Assembly: GCA_943356525.1 (NCBI GenBank)
Contig: CALRFG010000004.1
Location: 290 to 64,289 of the forward strand
Reading direction: 5' to 3'
Source of the DNA: Candidatus Nomurabacteria bacterium
GTDB taxonomy: Bacteria; Patescibacteriota; Minisyncoccia; Phycocordibacterales; CAIZLB01
Length of the DNA stretch: 64,000 nucleotides
Below the pieces are notes generated by a model. That model saw only the letters and a program-made list of their open reading frames with translations. It did no database searches and was not told the origin of the DNA. The position numbers and the translations under genes are program-made. This document shows, piece after piece, positions 8,018 to 17,964 of this stretch (within the stretch, counting starts at the first letter, position 1; each line of letters opens with the position of its first letter).

Positions 8018-8684
8018 ACTCCGATTTCAAAACTTTGTTGACTACAGGTAATACATTTTCCTTAACTATTTTCTCATAACCTTGTTTGTTTGGATGTATA
8101 CCATCATCAATATTTAAGGACTTAACTAAGACAACGTTTTCCAGGAAAATTGGTACAAGTGCTACATCGTATTTCTTTGCAAGATCTTTATATATCACGT
8201 CAAACTTTTTCTTATATGCAAAGCTGTTACTTATCTGCGCTTCCATACCTAAAAGTATCACTGATATATTTTTATCTTTAAAAGCCAATATTATTTTTTC
8301 TAGGTTAGACTTTACTAACTCTGGACTCGTTGCCCGAAGCATATCGTTTCCACCAAGACCTATAAGTACAAGGTCTGGTTTTTGAGATAAAACAAAATCT
8401 ACCCTTTCTAAGCCACCGGTAGTTGTTTCTCCAGATACACCCATATTTATAACCTCGATGCTCATATTTTCTTTTTTCAATTCTTTTTCAAGTTGGGCCG
8501 GATAACTTTCTTCAAGTTTTACACCATAACCAGCTGTTAAAGAATCACCGAAAGCTACTATTTTGAAAGTCTTACCAGTCTCTTGAATTTTCTTATTATC
8601 AGTTTTTAAATCAACGTCTTTATTATATAAAAAAATACCAATGGATGATATTATCACTATAATTATGATTAAAACGTATTTCAT
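8004..8684 (-). CDS. tesA: Arylesterase/acyl-CoA thioesterase I (SGNH/GDSL)
   Basis: FGDSLTAGYG, GVSGETT, GGND, DGIHPN; N-terminal TM/signal. Confidence 0.9.
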   Translation of the reverse strand: MKYVLIIIIVIISSIGIFLYNKDVDLKTDNKKIQETGKTFKIVAFGDSLTAGYGVKLEESYPAQLEKELKKENMSIEVINMGVSGETTTGGLERVDFVLSQKPDLVLIGLGGNDMLRATSPELVKSNLEKIILAFKDKNISVILLGMEAQISNSFAYKKKFDVIYKDLAKKYDVALVPIFLENVVLVKSLNIDDGIHPNKQGYEKIVKENVLPVVNKVLKSEFILN

Positions 8685-8728
8685 ATCAATGATTATAACA
8701 CATATTATTATGCTACAATAAGCATATT

Positions 8729-9406
8729 ATGATTATTTTAGAAAATATAGTAAAAACTTTTACTGATGGAGATAAAAATCTTGAGATCTTAAAAAATATA
8801 TCCATAAAAATAGAGACAGGTAAAAAAGTAGCTATCATAGGACCGTCTGGATCTGGTAAAACAACACTTTTATCTATCATGTCTGGTTTAGACAAGCCAA
8901 GTTCAGGTCGTGTTATTATTGATGGCATTGATATTCATACATTATCAGAAAATGATATGTCTGTTTTTAGAAATAAAAAAATAAGTATTATATTTCAATC
9001 TTTCGAGCTTATACAATTTTTCACAGCATATGAAAACGCCATGCTACCATTGTCTATAAGAAATAGTAGAAATAAAGAAGAAGTTAATCAAGTTTTGGAA
9101 AAAGTTGGACTAACAAATCGTAAACATAATATGCCGTCAACTCTTTCAGGCGGAGAACAGCAACGTGTGTCTATAGCTAGAGCTGTACTTGCGGGAAGTG
9201 ATATTATTTTTGCAGACGAACCAACTGGAAACCTGGACTCAGTAAACGGAAAAAAAGTTTTAGAGTTACTACTTGAAGTAGTAAAGAAAACAAATAAAAC
9301 ATTTGTTATTATAACTCATGATATGAATATAGCGCGTCAGATGGACATTATTTATAGCATGGAAGACGGTATCTTAAAAAAATTAATTCAAGAAAATCTG
9401 ATATGA
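8729..9406 (+). CDS. ybbA: ABC transporter ATP-binding protein (YbbA/LolD-like)
   Basis: GPSGSGKT, LSGGEQQR, ADEPTGNLD; divergent from tesA as in the tesA-ybbA-ybbP locus. Confidence 0.85.
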   Translation: MIILENIVKTFTDGDKNLEILKNISIKIETGKKVAIIGPSGSGKTTLLSIMSGLDKPSSGRVIIDGIDIHTLSENDMSVFRNKKISIIFQSFELIQFFTAYENAMLPLSIRNSRNKEEVNQVLEKVGLTNRKHNMPSTLSGGEQQRVSIARAVLAGSDIIFADEPTGNLDSVNGKKVLELLLEVVKKTNKTFVIITHDMNIARQMDIIYSMEDGILKKLIQENLI

Positions 9407-11871
9407 TCGCATACTTTACTAGAATACTCTTTAAAAGAAGTTACAAATATCTTGCATTAACTTTTTTTAGTATTGCTTTAGGTTCATTTTTGTTTGGGTC
9501 AATATTATCTTTAACTCAAAGTATATCTTCATATTTTGAAAAAGAAGGAAAAACAATTATAGGTGGAGATATAGTTTTATCATCACCGCGTCCTATAGAT
9601 ATATCTGATCCAGTTTTAAAAAACTTATTGGAGGAAGGTCATATTTCAAATACAGAATATCAAGTGCAGGCAGTTTTTAAAAATCCTAATAGTACCTCAA
9701 CGACTCCTGCGTCTATAAGGGCGGTTGAAGATAGTTTTCCATTGTATGGAAAAGTTGAAAGTTTACCGCAACCTTTTTCTATTTCAGGAAATAATAGTTT
9801 TATTTATGCAGATCAGTCTTTTCTAGATAAACTTGATGTTAAAATTGGAGAAAAAGTTGAACTTGGAAAAGTCATGTATACAGTTGTCGGAACTATACAA
9901 AAAGAACCAGATGGTATTTATCTAGGTGTATCCTTTACACCGAGGGTTATCATGTCCATAAATGATTTTATAAATTCAGGAATAGATCTCTCTCAAAGCA
10001 GATCTACCTATAAACTCTCAATAAAACATAAGACGGAGGGTTTTTTTAGTAAAAATCAAATTGATAACTTACAAGCATATGCAAAAGAAAATAAAATAAG
10101 ATTTGATGATAGTTCTGATGGTCCAAACTCTCTGATACGAGGACTTTCATCAGTTACAAGTTTTATAGGTATAATTTTTTCTATAGTACTTTTTCTAGTG
10201 GTTATAAATACAATAGCAAATCTGAGTTATATATTATCAAAATTTAAAAAGTCCATTGCTATTTTAAAAAGTTTTGGAGCAAACTCTTTGCAGATTCAGT
10301 TAATATATAGTTTTATTTTGGCTATAATTGGTTTTTTTTCAGGACTCATAGGTTCTTTTTTGGGGGTACTACTCTCCAATTCGTTGTTACCTGTTTTGTC
10401 AAGTTATATCAAAGCTTATATACTTAAGAGCGATATATTTACACTTTCATTTTTAGGTGGAATTGTAGGTTTACTTATTATGATCTCAGCATCACTTCCT
10501 TTTTTTGAATCATTGAGAAATGTATCTCCAAAATATCTATTGATAAGAGCTGGTGAAATTTCAAGAAAAAAAGTACTATCAATGTTTTTGTTTTATATAC
10601 CAATACCAATATTAATGATGATATTTTTATATTTTATTTCAGGAAATATAAAGCTAGTGTTTTACAGTGTTCTTCTTCTTGTTATTATTTTTTCTTTGTT
10701 TATGTTATTTTCATACGCATTATTACACTTGGCATATGTTTCTCGGAGTAAATATTCTTTTATGAAGCAAAGTATAATATCATCTCTCAAATGGCGTGGT
10801 ATGGAAACTATAATTATTTCAGCTTCTATTATGACAGCATTTTTAGGCATATTTATAGTTAGTACAGTTGAAAAAAACATAGTAGTAAATCTCCAGCAAA
10901 ATATTTCCCAAAGTGCACCGTCACTTTATGTAGTAGATATAAATAAAAGCCAGCTTGAACGAGTAAGAGTGATAGCAGGGTCAACATTTAAAGAGTTTGC
11001 TAGTATAAGAGGTAGATTGCTTCGTGTAAATGAAAAAGATATGACCATATCTGATAATCCTGGAATAACAAGAGAAATAAACATGACATATAGTGATGTA
11101 TTATTGAATAACGAAAATATAGTAAGTGGGGATTGGCATGGTGACACCGGTAAAAAGAGGTCTGTATCTATAGACTCTTCTTTTGCGGAAGAGTTGGGTG
11201 GGGTGAAGGTAGGTGATGAGATAGAGGTTTTTATACAAGGTATAAAAATAATTTCAACTGTTACAAGTTTGAGGGAGACAGAAAAGTCGTCAGGTACTCC
11301 TTTTTTCTTTCTAGTATTTTCACCTGATGTACTTGAAAGTTTCCCTGCTTCGTATTTTGCTACTGTATCAGCAGTACCTGAAGAAATAAAAAATATAGAA
11401 AATACCTTAGGTTTAGAATTTCCAAATATAATACCAATACAAACACTAAAGATACTAGATACAGTGAACGGAATATTAAAAAATATTATTCTTATTGTTA
11501 AACTTTTAGGTATACCGAGTATCGTTCTAGGTTTACTATTAATAATAATTATGACCAGTCAATCTATCTATGAAAGAAAATCAGACGTACTTTTACTGCG
11601 TGCTTTCGGATATGATAAAAAAAATATATTGAAACTATTTGTGTTTGAAACCTGCTCTATTGTTTTAATAGCAAGTCTTGTTGCGTATTTTATAGCAAAT
11701 TTGATCGCGTATATTTTAAACGTATATGTTTTTGATTTTTCTACCTTTGTATTTACTGAAATACCTTTGTACATATCATTAATTACTATAGTGATTGTGA
11801 CGATATTTGCTCACACTATTTCCAGTTCCATAGTTAATCAATCTTTAAAAAAATTATTGGCTGAGAAGTAG
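9403..11871 (+). CDS. ybbP: ABC transporter permease, YbbP/FtsX-like (duplicated MacB-type)
   Basis: GGDIVL, FPLYG, two FtsX-like TM blocks; ATGA overlap with the ATPase gene. Confidence 0.85.
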   Translation: MIAYFTRILFKRSYKYLALTFFSIALGSFLFGSILSLTQSISSYFEKEGKTIIGGDIVLSSPRPIDISDPVLKNLLEEGHISNTEYQVQAVFKNPNSTSTTPASIRAVEDSFPLYGKVESLPQPFSISGNNSFIYADQSFLDKLDVKIGEKVELGKVMYTVVGTIQKEPDGIYLGVSFTPRVIMSINDFINSGIDLSQSRSTYKLSIKHKTEGFFSKNQIDNLQAYAKENKIRFDDSSDGPNSLIRGLSSVTSFIGIIFSIVLFLVVINTIANLSYILSKFKKSIAILKSFGANSLQIQLIYSFILAIIGFFSGLIGSFLGVLLSNSLLPVLSSYIKAYILKSDIFTLSFLGGIVGLLIMISASLPFFESLRNVSPKYLLIRAGEISRKKVLSMFLFYIPIPILMMIFLYFISGNIKLVFYSVLLLVIIFSLFMLFSYALLHLAYVSRSKYSFMKQSIISSLKWRGMETIIISASIMTAFLGIFIVSTVEKNIVVNLQQNISQSAPSLYVVDINKSQLERVRVIAGSTFKEFASIRGRLLRVNEKDMTISDNPGITREINMTYSDVLLNNENIVSGDWHGDTGKKRSVSIDSSFAEELGGVKVGDEIEVFIQGIKIISTVTSLRETEKSSGTPFFFLVFSPDVLESFPASYFATVSAVPEEIKNIENTLGLEFPNIIPIQTLKILDTVNGILKNIILIVKLLGIPSIVLGLLLIIIMTSQSIYERKSDVLLLRAFGYDKKNILKLFVFETCSIVLIASLVAYFIANLIAYILNVYVFDFSTFVFTEIPLYISLITIVIVTIFAHTISSSIVNQSLKKLLAEK

Positions 11872-11915
11872 GAATGGGTGGATAATTAAGATTATTAAAT
11901 GCTATTATTAATCTT

Positions 11916-12473
11916 ATGATTCAAACTCTACAAACATTTCTCATAGACTATCCAATCATCGCTCCAGCTATTTTCATATTTATACGTATACTCCCTGTGG
12001 TTATTCCACCGATACCAGGACTTGTTATCGATGCAGTTGGAGTTATAGTTTTTGGATGGTTTTGGGGATTTATTTATGCGACTACAGGAATCGTTATAGC
12101 CTCGATGATTTCATTTTATATAGGCCGTAAATACAGAGAGCCATTGATTGGAAAATTTATCTCTATACAGAAAATACATGAGCTCGAAGATAAACTATCA
12201 GATAAACAAAAGTTTTGGGCACTAGTTGGTATTCGATTTGTATCAGCTCCATTTTTTGACATTATCAACTATGTTGCAGGATTAACCAAAATAAAAGCTT
12301 CACAGTATTTTTTTAGTTCTATTATGGTTTCAGCACCACTTAGCTTTATGATTTATTATTTTGGAGGAATTATTTTAAACACACCAATAATAATCATCAC
12401 CACTATTGTTTTTTTGATTCCGCTAATGATCTGGTATAAAAAAAGAAATGGTAGAATGCCTGATGTTGTATAG
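11916..12473 (+). CDS. TVP38/TMEM64 (SNARE-associated/DedA) membrane protein
   Basis: PPIPG...GVIVFG...FYIGRK...IRFV...DIINYVAGLT. Confidence 0.85.
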   Translation: MIQTLQTFLIDYPIIAPAIFIFIRILPVVIPPIPGLVIDAVGVIVFGWFWGFIYATTGIVIASMISFYIGRKYREPLIGKFISIQKIHELEDKLSDKQKFWALVGIRFVSAPFFDIINYVAGLTKIKASQYFFSSIMVSAPLSFMIYYFGGIILNTPIIIITTIVFLIPLMIWYKKRNGRMPDVV

Positions 12474-12526
12474 GTACAAACTAATGAAGAAACTACTAAT
12501 TAGTTTTGTATGATATAATCTTATTT

Positions 12527-13420
12527 ATGGATAAGTCTCATGAAAAAAATAATGTGATTAAAATTATTATACTTATAGCTATTTTTAGTACACTTATCTC
12601 ATATATAGTTTGGGGTGAGTACAGATTAAAATTGTCAACAGAAACAATAGAAGAATTAAAATTACAAAATTACAATTATAATAACAAATTTTTAGATTTA
12701 AAAAATATATTAGCATCATCAACAGATTCTTTTGATAATTTATATAACACACTTACTGGCGTTATAAATGAAGAAGGTTTAAAAAATAAATCACTTGAAG
12801 AAAAAGTTTTGATTTTAGACAAAATAACTAAGACCGATCCACAGTTATTGCAAAAATATTCTAAAGTATTTTTCTTAAATGAAAATTATGTACCACGTGA
12901 GACTCAAGCTATTTTGCCAGAATATACAGTATATCCAAAAAATGAATATAGTTTACATGTTGATGTTATGTATTTTTTGGTATCAATGCTAGATGATGCT
13001 AGAAAAGAAAATCAGGATATTTTGGTAGTATCTGCATATCGTTCATTTCAAACACAAACAAGTTTAAAATTAAAAAATAAAGTTGTATATGGCGCGAACA
13101 CAGCAAATAGATTTATTGCTGAACAAGGATATTCAGAGCATCAACTGGGAACTACTGTTGACTTAACAACATCCGATATCAGAGCTGCAAATATAGCTTT
13201 TGAAAAAACTAAAGAATATATATGGTTACAAAATAATGCCCATAAATACGGCTTTACAATTTCTTATCCAAAAGGGAATAAATACTATGCATATGAACCT
13301 TGGCATTGGCGTTTTGTTGGTAAGGCTTTAGCGACTCAGTTATACAATGATAAGATTAATTTTCATAATCTAGAGCAGAGGTACATTGATGGATATTTAC
13401 TGGGTATGTTTGATCGGTAA
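12527..13420 (+). CDS. D-alanyl-D-alanine carboxypeptidase (VanY, M15B)
   Basis: SAYRS, SEHQLGTTVD, EPWHWRFVG; N-terminal TM plus coiled coil. Start inferred from the leaderless promoter. Confidence 0.88.
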   Translation: MDKSHEKNNVIKIIILIAIFSTLISYIVWGEYRLKLSTETIEELKLQNYNYNNKFLDLKNILASSTDSFDNLYNTLTGVINEEGLKNKSLEEKVLILDKITKTDPQLLQKYSKVFFLNENYVPRETQAILPEYTVYPKNEYSLHVDVMYFLVSMLDDARKENQDILVVSAYRSFQTQTSLKLKNKVVYGANTANRFIAEQGYSEHQLGTTVDLTTSDIRAANIAFEKTKEYIWLQNNAHKYGFTISYPKGNKYYAYEPWHWRFVGKALATQLYNDKINFHNLEQRYIDGYLLGMFDR

Positions 13421-13467
13421 ACTCTATCAAACTATAGGACGTAAAGATGCATCATACGAGATTGACT

Positions 13468-14244
13468 TTAATCCAAATCCATATCCAACTCTATCATTAC
13501 AGGACAATGGTCTGATCCAAACTGTTCACCCAGTATCTCTATCTTTGTAACCTTACTCCATAGTTCTTTACTGACAAATATATAATCAATACGCCAGCCT
13601 ATATTTCTGTCTCGGCTTCTGGTTTTCATATCCCACCAAGTGTATTCGGCTTTTTCTGGATATGCGGTTCGCCAAGTGTCAACGAAACTATCTGTGTATT
13701 TTTTTAACAACGCTCTTTCTTCTGGTGTGCAACCAAGTTTTCCTGCATTTTCTTTTGGACGAGCAAGGTCTATATCAGCAACTGTTGCGTTTACATCTCC
13801 TAGAAAAATAACAGGTTTATTTTTTTCGAGTTTTTTTGCAAGTTTTAAAAATTTATCATAATACTCAAGTTTATATTGAAAATGATCATCTGATTTTCCA
13901 CCGTTTGGCCAATAGCAGTTGATCAGATAAAAATCTTCATATTCAGCGATAATAGTTCGACCCTCATCGTCAAGAAAATTTTTATCACCCAAAGTTCCTT
14001 TAACATCGAGTGGTTCTTCTCGAGAATAAATAGCTACCCCTGAATAACCTTTTCGCATAGTTGCAGATTCGAAGTATGTATAATAACCATCATGATTTTT
14101 TGTATCATCATGAAGTTGTTCGATAGAGGATTTTGTTTCTTGTAAACCTAATATGTCAGGTTGGTATTTTTTTATAAGGTTTTGTAATTCACCTTTTTTC
14201 CAGACCGCGCGTAGACCGTTTACATTCCAGGTGATGATTTTCAT
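13468..14244 (-). CDS. xth: Exodeoxyribonuclease III
   Basis: WNVNGLRA, LQETK, GYSGVA, GDVN, GWRIDY, SDHCP. Confidence 0.95.
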   Translation of the reverse strand: MKIITWNVNGLRAVWKKGELQNLIKKYQPDILGLQETKSSIEQLHDDTKNHDGYYTYFESATMRKGYSGVAIYSREEPLDVKGTLGDKNFLDDEGRTIIAEYEDFYLINCYWPNGGKSDDHFQYKLEYYDKFLKLAKKLEKNKPVIFLGDVNATVADIDLARPKENAGKLGCTPEERALLKKYTDSFVDTWRTAYPEKAEYTWWDMKTRSRDRNIGWRIDYIFVSKELWSKVTKIEILGEQFGSDHCPVMIELDMDLD

Positions 14245-14284
14245 ATGTGTATCTTACTATATTATTATGCTAAAATCACCCCAT

Positions 14285-16072
14285 ATGACAAACATAAAAT
14301 CAGCTATAAAAACCGAATGGGATTTTTCAAAATTATATAAAAACATAAATGATTCTAAAATTGAAAAGGATGTTGATGCAATCTGCAAACATTTTTTAGC
14401 ATTTGCAAAAAAGTATAAAGATTTAAAATTCTTGAAAAGTTCTAAGGGCATGTTGGAGGCTTTAAAAGATTGCGATTTGTTATCGAGTAAAACATCAGCG
14501 ATACCTATTTGGTATCTAGGTTTACAGCAATCATTAAATAGCTCCGATGATAATATACAAGGAAAAATAAATATATTATCTGATAAATATTTAAAAGCCT
14601 CGAAAGAAGTTATTTTCTTCGATCTAGCCATTTCTAAGTTGGATAAAAAAATACAAGAAAAATATCTTAAAGATAAAACCTTAGCTAAGTATAAATACCT
14701 ACTAGAAAGTTCATTTTTAACTGGTAAATATTTATTGTCTGAAAGTGAAGAAAAAATTATGACTGATAAAAGTAAAGTTGCTCATGAGGCTTGGGAAGAT
14801 ATGGGACAGAAAAATAGAGGAGAACAAAAGATAAAATTTAAAAATAAAGAAATGAGTTTGACTGAGGCTATGGGTATAAAGTCTGATTTACCAAAAACAG
14901 ATAGAAGGGCTTTGCATAAACTTGTTATGGAGAGATATAAAGATATATCCTTTATAGCAGAATCTGAGCTCAATGCAGTTATAAGAAATAAGAAAATTGA
15001 TGACGAAATCAGGGGTTTTACTAAACCCTATGAATCAACAATAATCGGATATCATAATGATGTTAAATCTATAGAAAATCTGGTTAATGTTGTTACAAAG
15101 CATAACTATATTTCACATAGATTTTTTAAATTAAAAGCTAAGATTTTAAATACTGCTGAGAAAAGTGAAGATAAAAAAATAACAATGGCTGAGTTAGCTA
15201 CAGGTATATCAACAGCAAAAACTAAAAAGAAAATTTCTTTTGAGCAAGGTTGTGAACTAGTAACGAATGCATTTGCAAAAGTTGATACTGAATTTTCAGA
15301 TATATTTCAGTCATATTTAAAAAATGGGCAAATAGATACATTTCCAAAATTAGGAAAAAGGTCAGGAGCCTTTTGTTCTTCCATAGTTAATGCACCTACA
15401 TATGTATTATTAAATTATGTTGATAAATTAAACGATGTTTCGACTCTCGCACATGAGATGGGTCATGCCATACATTCTGATCTGTCTAGAAAACAAGACA
15501 GTATATATCAAGATTATCCAATATCTATAGCTGAAGTAGCATCTACTTTCTTTGAAAATATTTTGTTCGATAATCTTTTAGAGATTGCTTCAATAGAAGA
15601 AAAAAAGGATTTATTGGTAGGAAAAGTACAAGACGATGTGTTTACTATATTTGCACAGATTGCATATTTTCAATATGAGAAAAATATTCACAAAGCAGTA
15701 AAGGATAAAGGTTTTGTCTCAAAAGAAGAGTTTGCTTCTATGTTTGTAGATTGTAGAAAATCATACGCTGGTGATGCTGTTGATGTTACTGAAACTGATG
15801 GTTATGGATATGTATATATAAATCATTTTAGATCATTCTTTTATGTTTATAGCTATGCTTATGGTCAACTTATAGCCAATGCATTGTATGAGGAATACAA
15901 GAAAGATAAATCATTTGGTGTTAAAATAAAAAAGTTTTTGAGTGCAGGAGGGTCAATGTCACCTGAGGATATTTTTAAAAGCATAGGAATTGATACAAGT
16001 AAACCAGACTTTTTCCTAAAAGGTCTTAAAAAAATAGAGAAGGATTTGGATGAGGTTGAGAAGATGTTTTAA
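14285..16072 (+). CDS. pepF: Oligoendopeptidase F (M3B)
   Basis: GKRSGAFC, TLAHEMGHAIH, AEVASTFFE, FYVYSYAYG. Start trimmed from 14153. Confidence 0.9.
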   Translation: MTNIKSAIKTEWDFSKLYKNINDSKIEKDVDAICKHFLAFAKKYKDLKFLKSSKGMLEALKDCDLLSSKTSAIPIWYLGLQQSLNSSDDNIQGKINILSDKYLKASKEVIFFDLAISKLDKKIQEKYLKDKTLAKYKYLLESSFLTGKYLLSESEEKIMTDKSKVAHEAWEDMGQKNRGEQKIKFKNKEMSLTEAMGIKSDLPKTDRRALHKLVMERYKDISFIAESELNAVIRNKKIDDEIRGFTKPYESTIIGYHNDVKSIENLVNVVTKHNYISHRFFKLKAKILNTAEKSEDKKITMAELATGISTAKTKKKISFEQGCELVTNAFAKVDTEFSDIFQSYLKNGQIDTFPKLGKRSGAFCSSIVNAPTYVLLNYVDKLNDVSTLAHEMGHAIHSDLSRKQDSIYQDYPISIAEVASTFFENILFDNLLEIASIEEKKDLLVGKVQDDVFTIFAQIAYFQYEKNIHKAVKDKGFVSKEEFASMFVDCRKSYAGDAVDVTETDGYGYVYINHFRSFFYVYSYAYGQLIANALYEEYKKDKSFGVKIKKFLSAGGSMSPEDIFKSIGIDTSKPDFFLKGLKKIEKDLDEVEKMF

Positions 16073-16102
16073 TTTTTATTTATCGACAAAAACCCTCAAA
16101 TA

Positions 16103-17941
16103 ATGTATAATCAAAAACCTATGATGTCACATGAGATCAGACAAAAATTTCTAGATTTCTTTGCAAGTAAAGACCATGCAATAATCAAATCGGCCCCAAT
16201 AGTCCCTGAAAATGACGCCTCTGTCCTTTTTAATATTGCTGGTATGCAGCCTCTTGTACCTTATCTATTGGGCGAAGCTCATCCTGAAGGTAAACGTTTG
16301 GCAAATCTACAAAAATGTATCAGAACTATTGATATCGAAGAAGTTGGCGATAGTCGACATTTAACTTTTTTTGAAATGATGGGAAATTGGTCTTTAGGTG
16401 ATTATTTTAAAACTGAAGCTATAAACTGGTCTTATGAATTGTTAACGGATCTTGAGGTAGGTTTTGGTTTGGATCCCAATAGACTTTATGTAACTTGTTT
16501 TGAGGGAGATGAAGATGCTCCGAAAGATGAAGAGTCGGCGAAGATTTGGGAAGATATTTTCAAAAAAAACGGAGTGTCTACAAACAGAATATTTTTCTTA
16601 CCTAAAAAAAATAACTGGTGGAGTGCAGGAGAGAACGGACCTTGCGGACCCGACACTGAAATGTTCTACGACATTACAGGAAAACATCGTGACGGATTAG
16701 ATCTGGAAGAGTATCTTAAACTCGACGATAGAGGTGAACTTGTGGAGATTTGGAATGACGTGTTCATGGAGTATCTTAAAAAAGATGGAAAGATTATTTC
16801 AAAGCTCCAAACTAAAAATGTTGATACAGGTTCTGGTTTTGAGCGTATAGTAATGATGGTTCAAGGAGTGAACTCAGTCTATGAGACTGATATATTTAAG
16901 CCTGTTCTTGAAAAGATAGAATCTTTAGTGACAAATAAAAATATTGCTGAATTCGAAAAAGTTAAATCATCTCGTATCATAGCCGATCACGTAAGAACCG
17001 CGGTAATCATGTTATCCGATGGAGTTATTTTTTCAAATACAGATCAAGGTTATATACTTAGACGTTTAATTCGTCGTGCGCTTCGTCACGCTGATGTTTT
17101 AGGTTTGTCTGAGAACTCACTTTATATGATAGCTGATATTTTTACTGATTATTATAAAGAGGTATATGAGAACGTAGCAAAACAAAAAGAAACTATAAAA
17201 GTTGCCATAAGTGCTGAAGAAAAAAAATTTAGAAAAGCTTTGATACAGGGTATAAAAGAATTTAATAAAATTGTTGCACACAATAAAGAAGAAAATTTAA
17301 ATACTATTGATTCACAAAAAGTATTTACACTATTTGAATCATATGGATTTCCTATAGAAATGATCGAAGAGTTGGCAACTGAAAATAAGTTGACCATAGA
17401 TAAATTGGAATTTGATCAATTGTTCAAAATCCACCAAGATAACTCAAGGGCAGGGGCAGAGAAAAAATTTAAAGGAGGTCTTGCAGGAGATGGTGTTTTG
17501 GAAGTAAAATATCACACGGCAACACACTTGCTACATCAAGCTCTACGTATGGTTTTAGGTGAAGCTGTACAGCAGAAAGGCTCAAATATCACAACAGAAA
17601 GATTACGTTTTGATTTTGCATTTGATAGAAAGATGACAGATGAGGAAAAAACAAAAGTTGAAAATATTGTAAATGAAAAAATAAAAGCAAGCTTGCCTGT
17701 AAATATGGTCACACTTCCAAAAGAAGAGGCTATAGAATCAGGTGCACTTCATTTCTTTGCTGACAAATACGGTGATATGGTAAATGTGTATTTTATGGGA
17801 GAAAATCTTGAAGATGCATTTTCAAAAGAATTCTGTGGAGGACCACATGTTAAAAACACTGGAGAGTTGGGTATATTTAAAATCGCTAAAGAGGAGGCTG
17901 TGTCACAAGGAGTTAGACGTATCAAGGCTGTTTTGGAATAA
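16103..17941 (+). CDS. alaS: Alanine--tRNA ligase (short form lacking C-Ala)
   Basis: AGMQPL, HLTFFEMMGNWS, GPCGPDTE, HTATHLLH, EFCGGPHV, GVRRIKA. Confidence 0.96.
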   Translation: MYNQKPMMSHEIRQKFLDFFASKDHAIIKSAPIVPENDASVLFNIAGMQPLVPYLLGEAHPEGKRLANLQKCIRTIDIEEVGDSRHLTFFEMMGNWSLGDYFKTEAINWSYELLTDLEVGFGLDPNRLYVTCFEGDEDAPKDEESAKIWEDIFKKNGVSTNRIFFLPKKNNWWSAGENGPCGPDTEMFYDITGKHRDGLDLEEYLKLDDRGELVEIWNDVFMEYLKKDGKIISKLQTKNVDTGSGFERIVMMVQGVNSVYETDIFKPVLEKIESLVTNKNIAEFEKVKSSRIIADHVRTAVIMLSDGVIFSNTDQGYILRRLIRRALRHADVLGLSENSLYMIADIFTDYYKEVYENVAKQKETIKVAISAEEKKFRKALIQGIKEFNKIVAHNKEENLNTIDSQKVFTLFESYGFPIEMIEELATENKLTIDKLEFDQLFKIHQDNSRAGAEKKFKGGLAGDGVLEVKYHTATHLLHQALRMVLGEAVQQKGSNITTERLRFDFAFDRKMTDEEKTKVENIVNEKIKASLPVNMVTLPKEEAIESGALHFFADKYGDMVNVYFMGENLEDAFSKEFCGGPHVKNTGELGIFKIAKEEAVSQGVRRIKAVLE

Positions 17942-17964
17942 TTCCGTGCTACAATAAGCATATT

